Shown: positions 25,514 to 37,862 of the stretch, piece after piece
How positions within the stretch are numbered: the stretch's first letter is position 1
Layout: each line of letters begins with the position of its first letter
From: Eledone cirrhosa
Taxonomy: Eukaryota
Length of the DNA: 64,000 bases
Reading direction: 5' to 3'
Assembly (NCBI GenBank): GCA_964016885.1
Contig: OZ024741.1
Span: forward strand, 262,446,001 to 262,510,000
Made by a program: the position numbers and the translations under genes
Notes under the pieces: model-generated
What the model was told of the DNA's origin: nothing
Seen by the model: the letters and a program-made list of their open reading frames with translations, nothing else
Database searches by the model: none

Positions 25514-28500
25514 GTTTCGCTTTACGTGTGTTTCGGCTTACGAGTGTTTCGACTTACGAGTGTTTTTACTTACGGTGTTTCGGCTTACTAGTGTTTCGAC
25601 ATACGAGTGTTTTGACTTACGGGTGTTTCGACTTACGAGTGTTTTTACTTACGAATGTTTTGACTTACGGGTGTTTCGGCTTACCAGTGTTTCGACTTAC
25701 GAGTGTTTCGGCTTACGAGTGTTTCGACTTACTAAGGTTTTACTTACGAGTGTTTCGGCGTACGAGAGTTTTGACTTACGAGTGTTTCGACTTACGAGTG
25801 TTTCGACTTACGAGTGTTTTGACTTACGAATGTTTTGACTTACGGGTGTTTCGGCTTACGGGTGTTTTGACTTACGGGTGTTTCGGCTTACGAGTGTTTC
25901 GACTTACGAGTGTTTTGACTTACGAGTGTTCTGATTTACGGATGTTTCGACATACGAGTGTTTAGACTTACGAGTGTTTCGACTTACGAGTGTTTCGGCT
26001 TACGAGTGTTTCGACTTACGAGTGTTTTGACTTACGGTGTTTCGGCTTACGAGTGTTTCGACTTACGAGTGTTTTAACTTACGGGTGTTTTGACATACGA
26101 GTGTTTCGACTAACTAATGTTTTTACTTACGAGTGTTTCGGCGTACGAGAGTTTGGACTTACGAGTGTTTCGACTTACGAGTGTTTCGACTTACGAGCGT
26201 TTTGACTTACGAATGTTTTGACTTACGGGTGTTTCGGCTTACCAGTGTTTCGACTTACGAGTCTTTCGGCTTACGAGTGTTTCGACTTACTAATGTTTTT
26301 ACTTACGAGTGTTTCGGCGTACGAGTGTTTCGACTTACGAGTGTTTCGACTTACGTGTGTTTTGACTTACGGGTGTTTCGGCTTAGGAGTGTTTCGACTT
26401 ACGAGTGTTTTGACTTAAGGGTGTTTCGACTTACGAGTATTTTTGGCTTACGGGTGTTTCGACTTACGAGTGTTTTGACTTACGAGTGATCTGATTTACG
26501 GATGTTTCGACATACGAGTGTTTCGACTTACGAGTGTTTCGACTTATGAGTATTTCGACTTACGAGTGTTTCGACTTACGAGTGTTTCGACTTACGAGTG
26601 TTCCGACTTACGAGTGTTTCGGCTTACGAGTGTTTCCGGCTTACGAGTGTTTCGACTTACGAGTGTTTTGACTTACGGTGTTTCGGCTTACGAGTGATTC
26701 GACTTACGAGTGTTTTGACTTACGGGTGTTTTGACTTACGGGTGTTGTGAATTACGAGTGTTCCGATTTACGAGTGTTTTGACTTACGGTGTTTCGGCTT
26801 ACGAGTGATTCGACTTACGAATGTTTTGACCTACGGGTGTTTCGGCTTGCGAGTGTTTCGACTTACGAGTGTTTCGGCTTGCGAGTGTTTCGACTTACTA
26901 ATGTTTTTACTTACGAGTGTTTCGGCGTACGAGTGTTTCGACTTACGAGTGTTTCGACTTACGTGTGCTTTGACTTACGGGTGTTTCGGCTTACGAGTGT
27001 TTCGACTTACGAGTGTTTTGACTTAAGGGTGTTTCGACTTACGAGTGTTTCGACTTACGAGTGTTTCGACTTACGAGTGTTTCGGCTTACGAGTGTTTTG
27101 ACTTAAGGATGTTTCGACTTACGAGTGTTTCCATACGAGTGTTCTGACTTACGAGTGTTCTGACTTACGAGTGTTTTGACTTACGATCTGACTTACGAGT
27201 GTTACGACTTACGAGTGTTCGGACTTCCGAGTGTTTCGGCTTAGGAGTGTTTCCGGCTTACGAGTGTTTCGACTTACGAGTGTTTTGACTTACCGTGTTT
27301 CGGCTTACGAGTGATTCGACTTACGAGAGTTTTGACTTACGGGTGTTGTGAATTACGATTGTTGCGATTTACGAGTGTTTTGACTTACGGTGTTTCGACT
27401 TACGAGTGATTCGACTTACGAATGTTTTGACTTACGGGTGTTTCGGCTTGCGAGTGTTTCGACTTACGAGTGTTTCGGCTTATGAGTGTTTCGACTTACG
27501 AGTGTTTTGACTTAAGGGTGTTTCGACTTACGAGTGTTTCGACTTACGAGTGTTTCGACTTACGAGTGTTTTGACTTAAGGGTGTTTCGACTTACGAGTA
27601 TTTTTGGCTTACGAGTGTTTCGACTTACGAGTGTTTTGACTTACGAGTGATCTGATTTACGGATGTTTCGACATACGAGTGTTTCGACTTACGAGTGTTT
27701 CGACTTATGAGTATTTCGACTTACGAGTTTTTCGACTTACGAGTGTTTCGACTTACGAGTGTTCCGACTTTCGAGTGTTTCGGCTTACGAGTGTTTCCGG
27801 CTTACGAGTGTTTCGACTTACGAGTGTTTTGACTTACGGTGTTTCGGCTTACGAGTGATTCGACTTACGAGTGTTTCGGCTTACGAGTGTTTCCGGCTTA
27901 CGAGTGTTTCGACTTACGAGTGTTTTGACTTACGGTGTTTCGGCTTACGAGTGATTCGACTTACGAATGTTTTGACTTACGGGTGTTTCGGCTTGCGAGT
28001 GTTTCGACTTACGAGTGTTTCGGCTTATGAGTGTTTCGACTTACTAATGTTTTTACTTACGAGTGTTTCGGCGTACGAGTGTTTTGACTTACGAGTGTTT
28101 CGACTTACGAGTGTTTTGACTTACGAATGTTTTGACTTACGGGTGTTTCGGCTTACGAGTGTTTCGACTTACGAGTGTTTCGGCTTGCGAGTGTTTCGAC
28201 TTACTAATGTTTTTACTTACGAATGTTTCGGCGTACGAGTGTTTCGACTTACGAGTGTTTCGACTTACGGGTGCTTTGACTTACGGGTGTTTCGGCTTAC
28301 GAGTGTTTCGACTTACGAGTGTTTCGACTTACGAGTGTTTCGGCTTACGAGTGTTTTGACTTAAGGATGTTTCGACTTACGAGTGTTTCGATACGAGTGT
28401 TTCGACTTACGAGTGTTCTGACTTACGAGTGTTCTGATTTACGGATGTTTCGACATACGAGTGTTTCGACTTACGAGTGTTTCGACTTACGAGTGTTTTG

Positions 28501-28810
28501 ACTTACGGGTGTTTTGACATACGAGTGTTTCGATACGAGTGTTTCGACTTACGAATGTTCTGACTTACGAGTGCTCTGACTTACGAGTGTTCTGACTTAC
28601 GAGTGTTCTCACTTACGAGCGTTCTGATTTACGAGTGTTTCGGCTTACGAGTGTTTCGGCTTACGAGTGTTTCGACATACGAGTGTTTCGACTTACGAGT
28701 GTTCCGACTAACGAGTGTTCCGACTAACGAGTGTTTCGGCTTACGAGTGTTTCGGCTTACGAGTGTTTCGACTTACGAGTGTTTCGGCTTACGAGTGTTT
28801 CGACTTACGA

Positions 28811-28879
28811 AAATAACAAATAGACGCGGTTTCAAATCTCTATGCTTTTCAAATTCATTACATTAATCTTTATTTATAC
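28811..28879. repeat. 69-bp AT-rich spacer, class S6
   Basis: Same spacer; gacgcgg with caaattc. Confidence 0.95.
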
Positions 28880-30124
28880 GTTTCGCTTTACGAGTGTTTC
28901 GACGTACGAGTGTTTCGACTTACGAGTGATTTAACTTACGTGTGTTTCGGCTTACGAGTGTTTCGACTTACGAGTGTTTTTACTTACGGTGTTTCGGCTT
29001 ACGAGTGTTTCGACATACGAGTGTTTTGACTTACGGGTGTTTCGACTTACGAGTGTTTTGACTTACGATTGTTTTGACTTACGGGTGTTTCGGCTTACCA
29101 GTGTTTCGACTTACGAGTGTTTCGGCTTACGAGTGTTTCGACTTACTAAGGTTTTTACTTACGAATGTTTTGACTTACGGGTGTTTCGGCTTACGGGTGT
29201 TTTGACTTACGGGTGTTTCGGCTTACGAGTGTTTCGACTTACGAGTGTTTTGACTTACGAGTGTTCTGATTTACGGATGTTTCGACATACGAGTGTTTCG
29301 ACTTACGAGTGTTTCGACTTATGAGTGTTTCGACTTATGAGTGTTTCGACTTACGAGTGTTTCGACTTACGAGTGTTTCGGCTTACGAGTGTTTCGACTT
29401 ACGAGTGTTCTGACTTACGGTGTTTCGGCTTACGAGTGTTTCGACTTACGAGTGTTTTAACTTACGGGTGTTTTGACATACGAGTGTTTCGACTAACTAA
29501 TGTTTTTACTTACGAGTGTTTCGGCGTACGAGAGTTTTGACTTACGAGTGTTTCGACTTACGAGTGTTTCGACTTACGAGCGTTTTGACTTACGAATGTT
29601 TTGACTTACGGGTGTTTCGGCTTACCAGTGTTTCGACTTACGAGTCTTTCGGCTTACGAGTGTTTCGACTTACTAATGTTTTTACTTACGAGTGTTTCGG
29701 CGTACGAGTGTTTCGACTTACGAGTGTTTCGACTTACGGGTGTTTTGACTTACGGGTGTTTCGGCTTACGAGTGTTTAGACTTACGAGTGTTTTTACTTA
29801 AGGGTGTTTCGACTTACGAGTATTTTTGGCTTACGAGTGTTTCGACTTACGAGTGTTTTGACTTACGAGTGATCTGATTTACGGATGTTTCGACATACGA
29901 GTGTTTCGACTTACGAGTGTTTCGACTTACGAGTGTTCCGACTTACGAGTGTTTCGGCTTACGAGTGTTTCGGCTTAAGAGTGTTTCGACATACGAGTGT
30001 TTCGACTTACGAGTGTTCCGACTAACGAGTGTTCCGACTTACGAGTGTTTCGGCTTACGAGTGTTTCGGCTTACGAGTGTTTCGACTTACGAGTGTTTCG
30101 GCTTACGAGTGTTTCGACTTACTA

Positions 30125-30193
30125 AAATAACAAATAGACGCGGTTTCAAATCTCTATGCTTTTCAAATTCATTACATTAATCTTTATTTATAC
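30125..30193. repeat. 69-bp AT-rich spacer, class S7
   Basis: Same spacer; caaattc, preceded by gacttacta. Confidence 0.95.
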
Positions 30194-33156
30194 GTTTCGC
30201 TTTACGAGTGTTTCGGCGTACGAGTGTTTCGACTTACGAGTGTTTTAACTTACGTGTGTTTCGGCTTACGAGTGTTTCGACTTACGAGTGTTTTTACTTA
30301 CGGTGTTTCGGCTTACGAGTGTTTCGTCTTATGAGTGTTTTGACTTAAGGGTGTTTCGACGAGTGTTTCGATACGAGTGTTTCGACTTACGGGTGTTCTG
30401 ACTTACGAGTGTTCTGATTTACGGATGTTTCGAATTATGAGTGTTTCGACTACGAGTGATTCGACTTACGAGTGTTTCGACTACGAGTGTTTCGACTTAC
30501 GAGTGTTCTGACTTACGAGTGTTCTGACTTACGGGTGTTCTGACTTACGAGTGTTTCGACTTACGAGTGTTTCGGCTTACGAGTGTTTCGGCTTATGAGT
30601 GTTTTGACTTAAGGGTGTTTCGACAAGTGTTTCGATACGAGTGTTACGAGTGTTCTGACTTACGGGTGTTCTGACTTACGAGTGTTCCGACTTACGAGTG
30701 TTTCGGCATATGAGTGTTTCGGCTTACGAGCGTTTCGACTACGAGTGTTTCGACTTACGAATGTTTTTGCTTACGAGTGTTTCGACTTACGAATGTTTTT
30801 GCTTACGAATGTTGTTGCTTACGAGTGTTCTGACTTACGAGTGTTTTGACTTACGAGTGTTCCGACTTACGAGTGTTCCGGCTTACGAGTGTTTCGGCTT
30901 ACGAGTGTTTCGACTTACGAGTGTTCTGACTTACGAGTGTTCCGGCTTACGAGTGTTTCGGCTTACGAGTGTTTCGACTTACGAGTGTTCCGACCTACGA
31001 GTGTTTCGGCTACGGATGTTCCGACTTACGAGTATTTTCGGCTTACGAGTGTTTTGACTTACGATTGTTTTGACTTACGATTGTTTCGGCTAACGAGTGT
31101 TTCGACTTACGAGTGTTTCGATTTACGAGTGTTTTGACTTAAGAATATTTTGACTTACGGGTGTTTCGGCTTACGAGTGTTTCGACTTACGAGTGTTTTG
31201 ACTTACGGGTGTTTCGACTTACGAGTGTTTTGGTTTACGTGTGTTCTGACTTACGAATGTTTCGGCTTACGAGTGTTTCGACTTACGAGTGTTTCGACTT
31301 ACGGTTGTTCTGACTTACGGGTATTCCGACTTACGAGTGATTTGGCATACGAGTGTTTCGACTTACGAGTGTTTTCGGCTTACGAGTGTTTCGACTTACG
31401 AGTGTTTTGACTTACGATTGTTTCGGCTTACGAGTGTTTCGACTTACGAGTGTTTCGGCTTACGAGTGTTTCGGCTTATGAGTGTTTTGACTTAAGGGTG
31501 TTTCGACGAGTGTTTCGATACGAGTGATTCGACTTACGGGTGTTCTGACTTACGAGTGTTCTGATTTACGGATGTTTCGAATTATGAGTGTTTCGACTAC
31601 GAGTGTTTCGACTTACGAGTGTTTCGACTACGAGTGTTTTGACTTACGAGTGTTCTGACTTACGAGTGTTCTGACTTACGGGTGTTCTGACTTACGAGTG
31701 TTCCGACTTACGAGTGTTTCGGCTTATGAGTGTTTCGGCTTACGAGCGTTTCGACTAGGAGTGTTTCGACTTACGAATGTTTTTGCTAACGAGTGTTTCG
31801 ACTTACGAGTGTTTCGACTTACAAGTGTTTCGACTTACGTGTGTTTTGACTTACGGTGTTTCGGCTTACGAGTGTTTCGACATACGAGTGTTTTTGACTT
31901 ACCGGTGTTTCGACTTACGGGTGTTTCGACTTACGAGAGTTTCGACTTACGAGTGTTCTGACTTACGAGTGTTCTGACTTACGAGTGTTCCGACTTGCGA
32001 GTGTTTCGGCCTACGAGTGTTTCGACATGCGAGTTTTTTGACTTACGGATGTTTCGTCTTACGGGTGTTTCGACTCACGAGTGTTTCTACTTACGAGTGT
32101 TTCGACTTACGAGTGTTCCGACTTACGAGTGTTTTGACTTACGAGTGTTCCGACTTACGAGTGTTTCGGCTTACGAGTGTTTCGGCTCACGGGTGTTCCG
32201 ACTTACGAGTGTTCCGACTTACGAGTGTTTCGGCTACGGATGTTCCGACTTACGAGTATTTTCGGCTTACGAGTGTTTTGACTTACGATTGTTTTGACTT
32301 ACGGGTATTTCGGCTTACGAGTGTTTCGACTTACGAATGTTTCGGCTTACGAGTGTTTCGACTTACGAGTGTTTTGACTTACGGGTGTTTCGACTTACGA
32401 GTGTTTTGGTTTACGTGTATTTCGACTTACGAATGTTTCGGCTTACGAGTGTTTCGACTTACGAGTGTTTAAACTTACGAGTGTTTTGACTTACGGGTGT
32501 TTCGACTTACGAGTGTTTTGGTTTACGTGTGTTTCGACTTACGAATGTTTCGACTTACGAGTGTTTTGACTTACGATTGTTTCGGATTACGAGTGTTTCG
32601 ACTTACGAGTGTTTCGGCTTACGAGTGTTTCGGCTTACGAGTGTTTTGACTTAAGGGTGTTTCGACGAGTGTTTCGATACGAGTGTTTCGACTTACGGGT
32701 GTTCTGACTTACGAGTGTTCTGATTTACGGATGTTTCGACTTATGAGTGTTTCGACTACGAGTGTTTCGACTTACGAGTGTTTCGACTACGAGTGTTTCG
32801 ACTTACGAGTGTTCTGACTTACAAGTGTTCTGACTTACGAGTGTTCCGACTTACGAGTGTTTCGGCTTACGAGTGTTTCGGCTTACGTGTGTTTCGGCTT
32901 ACGAGTGTTTCGACTTACGAGTGTTCCGACTTACGAGTGTTTCGACTTACGAGTGTTTTGGCTTACGGTGTTTCGGCTTACGAATGTTTTGACTTACGAG
33001 TGTTTTGACTTACGGGTGTTTTGACATACGAGTGTTTCGATACGAGTGTTCTGACTTACGAGTGTTCTGACTTACGAGTGTTCTGACTTACGAGTGTTCC
33101 GACTTACGAGTGTTTCGGCTCAAGAGTGTTTCGGCTTACGAGTGTTTCGACTACGA

Positions 33157-33225
33157 AAATAACAAATAGACGCGGTTTCAAATCTCTATGCTATTAAAGT
33201 TCATTACATTAATCTTTATTTATAC
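33157..33225. repeat. 69-bp AT-rich spacer, class S1
   Basis: ctattaaag variant; flanks match 2915 at +30242. Confidence 0.95.
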
Positions 33226-35032
33226 GTTTCGCTTTACGAATGTTTCGACTTACGAGTGTTTCGACTTACGAGTGTTTCGGCTTACGAGTGTTTTGACTTA
33301 CGAGATTTTTTACTTACGGGTGTTTCGACTTACGCGTGTTTCGGCTTACGAATGTTTTGACTTACGAGTGTTTTGACTTACAGGTATTTTGACATACGAG
33401 TGTTTCGATACGAGTGTTTCGACTTATGAGTGTTCTGACTTACGAGTGTTTCGACTTACGAGTGTTTCGACTTACGAGTGTTTCGGCTTACGAGTGTTTC
33501 GGCTCACGAGTGTTTCGACTTACGAGTGTTTCGACTTAGGAGTGTTTTGACTTACGGGTGTTTCGACTTACGAGTGTTTTGGTTTACGTGTGTTTCGACT
33601 TACGAATGTTTCGGCTTACGAGTGTTTCGACTTACGAGTGTTTCGACTTACGAGTGTTTTGACTTACGGGTGTTTCGACTTACGAGTGTTTTGGTTTACG
33701 TGTGTTTCGACTTACGAATGTTTCGGCTTACGAGTGTTTCGACTTACGAGTGTTTCGACTTACGGTTGTTCTGACTTACGGGTATTCCGACTTACGAGTG
33801 ATTTGGCATACGAGTGTTTCGACTTACGAGTGTTTTCGGCTTACGAGTGTTTCGACTTACGAGTGTTTTGACTTACGATTGTTTCGGCTTACGAGTGTTT
33901 CGACTTACGAGTGTTTCGGCTTACGAGTGTTTCGGCTTATGAGTGTTTTGACTTAAGGGTGTTTCGACGAGTGTTTCGATACGAGTGTTTCGACATGCGA
34001 GTTTTTTGACTTACGGATGTTTCGACTTACGGGTGTTTCGACTCACGAGTGTTTCTACTTACGAGTGTTTCGACTTACGAGTGTTCCGACTTACGAGTGT
34101 TTTGACTTACGAGTGTTCCGACTTACGAGTGTTTCGGCTTACGAGTGTTTCGGCTCACGAGTGTTCCGACTTACGAGTGTTCCGACTTACGAGTGTTTCG
34201 GCTACGGATGTTCCGACTTACGAGTATTTTCGGCTTACGAGTGTTTTGACTTACGATTGTTTTGACTTACGGGTATTTCGGCTTACGAGTGTTTCGACTT
34301 ACGAGTGTTTCGACTTACGAGTGTTTTGACTTACGGGTGTTTCGATTTACGAGTGTTTTGGTTTACGTGTGTTTCGACTTACGAATGTTTCGGTTTACGA
34401 GTGTTTCGACTTACGAATGTTTCGTCTTACGAGTGTTTCGACTTACGAGTGTTTAAACTTACGAGTGTTTTGACTTACGGGTGTTTCGACTTACGAGTGT
34501 TTTGGTTTACGTGTGTTTCGACTTACGAGTGTTTCGACTTACGAGTGTTTCGACTTACGAGTGTTTTGACTTACGGGTGTTTCGACTTACGAGTGTTTTG
34601 GTTTACGTGTGTTTCGACTTACGAGTGTTTCGACTTACGAGTGTTTTGACTTACGATTGTTTCGGCTTACGAGTGTTTCGACTTACGAGTGTTTCGGCTT
34701 ACGAGTGTTTCGGCTTACGAGTGTTTTGACTTAAGGGTGTTTCGACGAGTGTTTCGATACGAGTGTTTCGACTTACGGGTGTTCTGACTTACGAGTGTTC
34801 TGATTTACGGATGTTTCGAATTATGAGTGTTTCGACTACGAGTGTTTCGACTTACGAGTGTTTCGACTACGAGTGTTTCGACTTACGAGTGTTCTGACTT
34901 ACGAGTGTTCTGACTTACGAGTGTTCTGACTTACGAGTGTTCCGACTTACGAGTGTTTCGGCTTACGAGTGTTTTGGCTTACGTGTGTTTCGGCTTACGA
35001 GTGTTTCGACTTACGAGTGTTTCGACTTACGA

Positions 35033-35101
35033 AAATAACAAATAGACGCGGTTTCAAATCTCTATGCTTTTCAAGTTCATTACATTAATCTTTATTTATA
35101 T
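35033..35101. repeat. 69-bp AT-rich spacer, class S2
   Basis: Ends tttatat; flanks match 4855. Confidence 0.95.
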
Positions 35102-37793
35102 GTTTCGCTTTACGAATGTTTCGACTCACGAGTGTTTCGACTTACGAGTGTGTCGGCATACGAGTGTTTTGACTTACGAGATTTTTTACTTACGGGTGTT
35201 TCGACTTACGCGTGTTTCGGCTTACGAATGTTTTGACTTACGAGTGTTTTGACTTACGGGTGTTTTGACATGCGAGTGTTTCGATACGAGTGTTTCGACT
35301 CACGAGTGTTCTGACTTACGAGTGTTTTGACTTACGGTGTTTCGGTTTACGTGTGTTTCGACTTACGAGTGTTTTGACTTACGGGTGTTTTGACATACGA
35401 GTGTTTCGATACGAGTGTTCTGACTTACGAGTGTTCTGACTTACGAGTGTTATGACTTACGGGTGTTCTGACTTACGAGTGTTCCGACTTACGAGTGTTT
35501 CGACTTATGAGTGTTTCGGCTTACGAGCGTTTCGACTACGAGTGTTTCGACTTACGAATGTTTTTGCTTACGAGTGTTTCGACTTACGAATGTTTTTGCT
35601 TACGAATGTTTTTGTTTACGAGTGTTCCGACCTACGAGTGTTTCGGCTACGGATGTTCCGACTTACGAGTATTTTCGGCTTACGAGTGTTTCGACTTACG
35701 AGTGTTTTGACTTACGGGTGTTTCGACTTACGAGTGTTTTGGTTTACGTGTGTTTCGACTTACGAATGTTTCGGCTTACGAGTGTTTCGATTTACGAGTG
35801 TTTCGACTTACGGTTGTTCTGACTTACGGGTATTCCGACTTACGAGTGATTTTAGCATACGAGTGTTTCGACTTACGAGTGTTTTCGGCTTACGAGTGTT
35901 TCGACTTACGAGTGTTTTGACTTACGATTGTTTCGGCTTACGAGTGTTTCGACTTACGAGTGTTTCGGCTTACGAGTGTTTCGTCTTATGAGTGTTTTGA
36001 CTTAAGGGTGTTTCGACGAGTGTTTCCTTACGAGTGTTTCGACTTACGGGTGTTCTGACTTACGAGTGTTCTGATTTACGGATGTTTCGAATTATGACTG
36101 TTTCGACTACGAGTGTTTCGACTTACGAGTGTTTCGACTACGAGTGTTTCGACTTACGAGTGTTCTGACTTACGAGTGTTCTGACTTACGGGTGTTCTGA
36201 CTTACGAGTGTTCCGACTTACGAGTGTTTCGTCTTATGAGTGTTTCGGCTTACGAGCGTTTCGACTACGAGTGTTTCGACTTACGAATGTTTTTGCTAAC
36301 GAGTGTTTCGACTTACGAATGTTTTTGCTTACGAGTGTTTCGGCTTACGAGTGTTTCGACTTACAAGTGTTTCGACTTACGAGTGTTTTGACTTACGGTG
36401 TTTCGGCTTACGAGTGTTTCGACATACGAGTGTTTTGACTTACCGGTGTTTCGACTTACGGGTGTTTCGACTTACGAGAGTTTCGACTTACGAGTGTTCT
36501 GACTTACGAGTGTTCTGACTTACGAGTGTTCCGACTTGCGAGTGTTTCGGGTTACGAGTGTTTCGACATGCGTTTTTTTTTACTTACGGATGTTTCGACT
36601 TACGGGTGTTTCGACTCACGAGTGTTTCTACTTACGAGTGTTTCGACTTACGAGTGTTCCGACTTACGAGTGTTTTGACTTACGAGTGTTCCGACTTACG
36701 AGTGTTTCGGCTTACGAGTGTTTCGGCTCACGAGTGTTTCGACTTACGAGTGTTCCGACTTACGAGTGTTTCGGCTACGGATGTTCCGACTTACGAGTAT
36801 TTTCGGCTTACGAGTGTTTTGACTTACGATTGTTTTGACTTACGGGTATTTCGGCTTACGAGTGTTTCGACTTACGGTTGTTCTGACTTACGGGTATTCC
36901 GACTTACGATTGATTTGGCATACGAGTGTTTCGACTTACGAGTGTTTTCGGCTTACGAGTGTTTCGACTTACGAGTGTTTTGACTTACGATTGTTTCGGC
37001 TTACGAGTGTTTAGACTTACGAGTGTTTCGGCTTACGAGTGTTTCGTCTTATGAGTGTTTTGACTTAAGGGTGTTTCGACGAGTGTTTCGATACGAGTGT
37101 TTCGATTTACGGGTGTTCTGACTTACGAGTGTTCTGATTTACGGATGTTACGAATTATGAGTGTTTCGACTACGAGTGTTTCGACTTACGAGTGTTTCGA
37201 CTACGAGTGTTTCGACTTACGAGTGTTCTGACTTACGAGTGTTCTGACTTACGGGTGTTCTGACTTACGAGTGTTCCGACTTACGAGTGTTTCGGCTTAT
37301 GAGTGTTTCGGCTTACGAGCGTTTCGACTACGCGTGTTTCGACTTACGAATGTTTTTGCTAACGAGTGTTTCGACTTACGAATGTTTTTGCTTACGAGTG
37401 TTTCGGCTTACGAGTGTTTCGACTTACAAGTGTTTCGACTTACGAGTGTTCTGACTTACGAGTGTTCTGACTTACGAGTGTTCCGACTTACGAGTGTTTC
37501 GGCTTACGAGTGTTTCGGCTTACGTGTGTTTCGGCTTACGAGTGTTTCGACTTACGAGTGTTCCGACTTACGAGTGTTTCGACTTACGAGTGTTTTGGCT
37601 TACGGTGTTTCGGCTTACGAATGTTTTGACTTACGAGTGTTTTGACTTACGGGTGTTTTGACATACGAGTGTTTCGATACGAGTGTTCTGACTTACGAGT
37701 GTTCTGACTTACGAGTGTTCTGACTTACGAGTGTTCCGACTTACGAGTGTTTCGGCTCAAGAGTGTTTCGGCTTACGAGTGTTTCGACTACGA

Positions 37794-37862
37794 AAATAAC
37801 AAATAGACGCGGTTTCAAATCTCTATGCTTTTAAAGTTCATTACATTAATCTTTATTTATAC
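37794..37862. repeat. 69-bp AT-rich spacer, class S3
   Basis: cttttaaagttc; flanks match 7505. Confidence 0.95.

Larger units (their letters stand above)
17285..27020 (+). repeat. Tandem duplication, period 4,845 bp
   Basis: ORF pairs 17528/22373, 18687/23532, 20631/25476 and 21944/26789; a few SNPs between copies. Confidence 0.92.
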
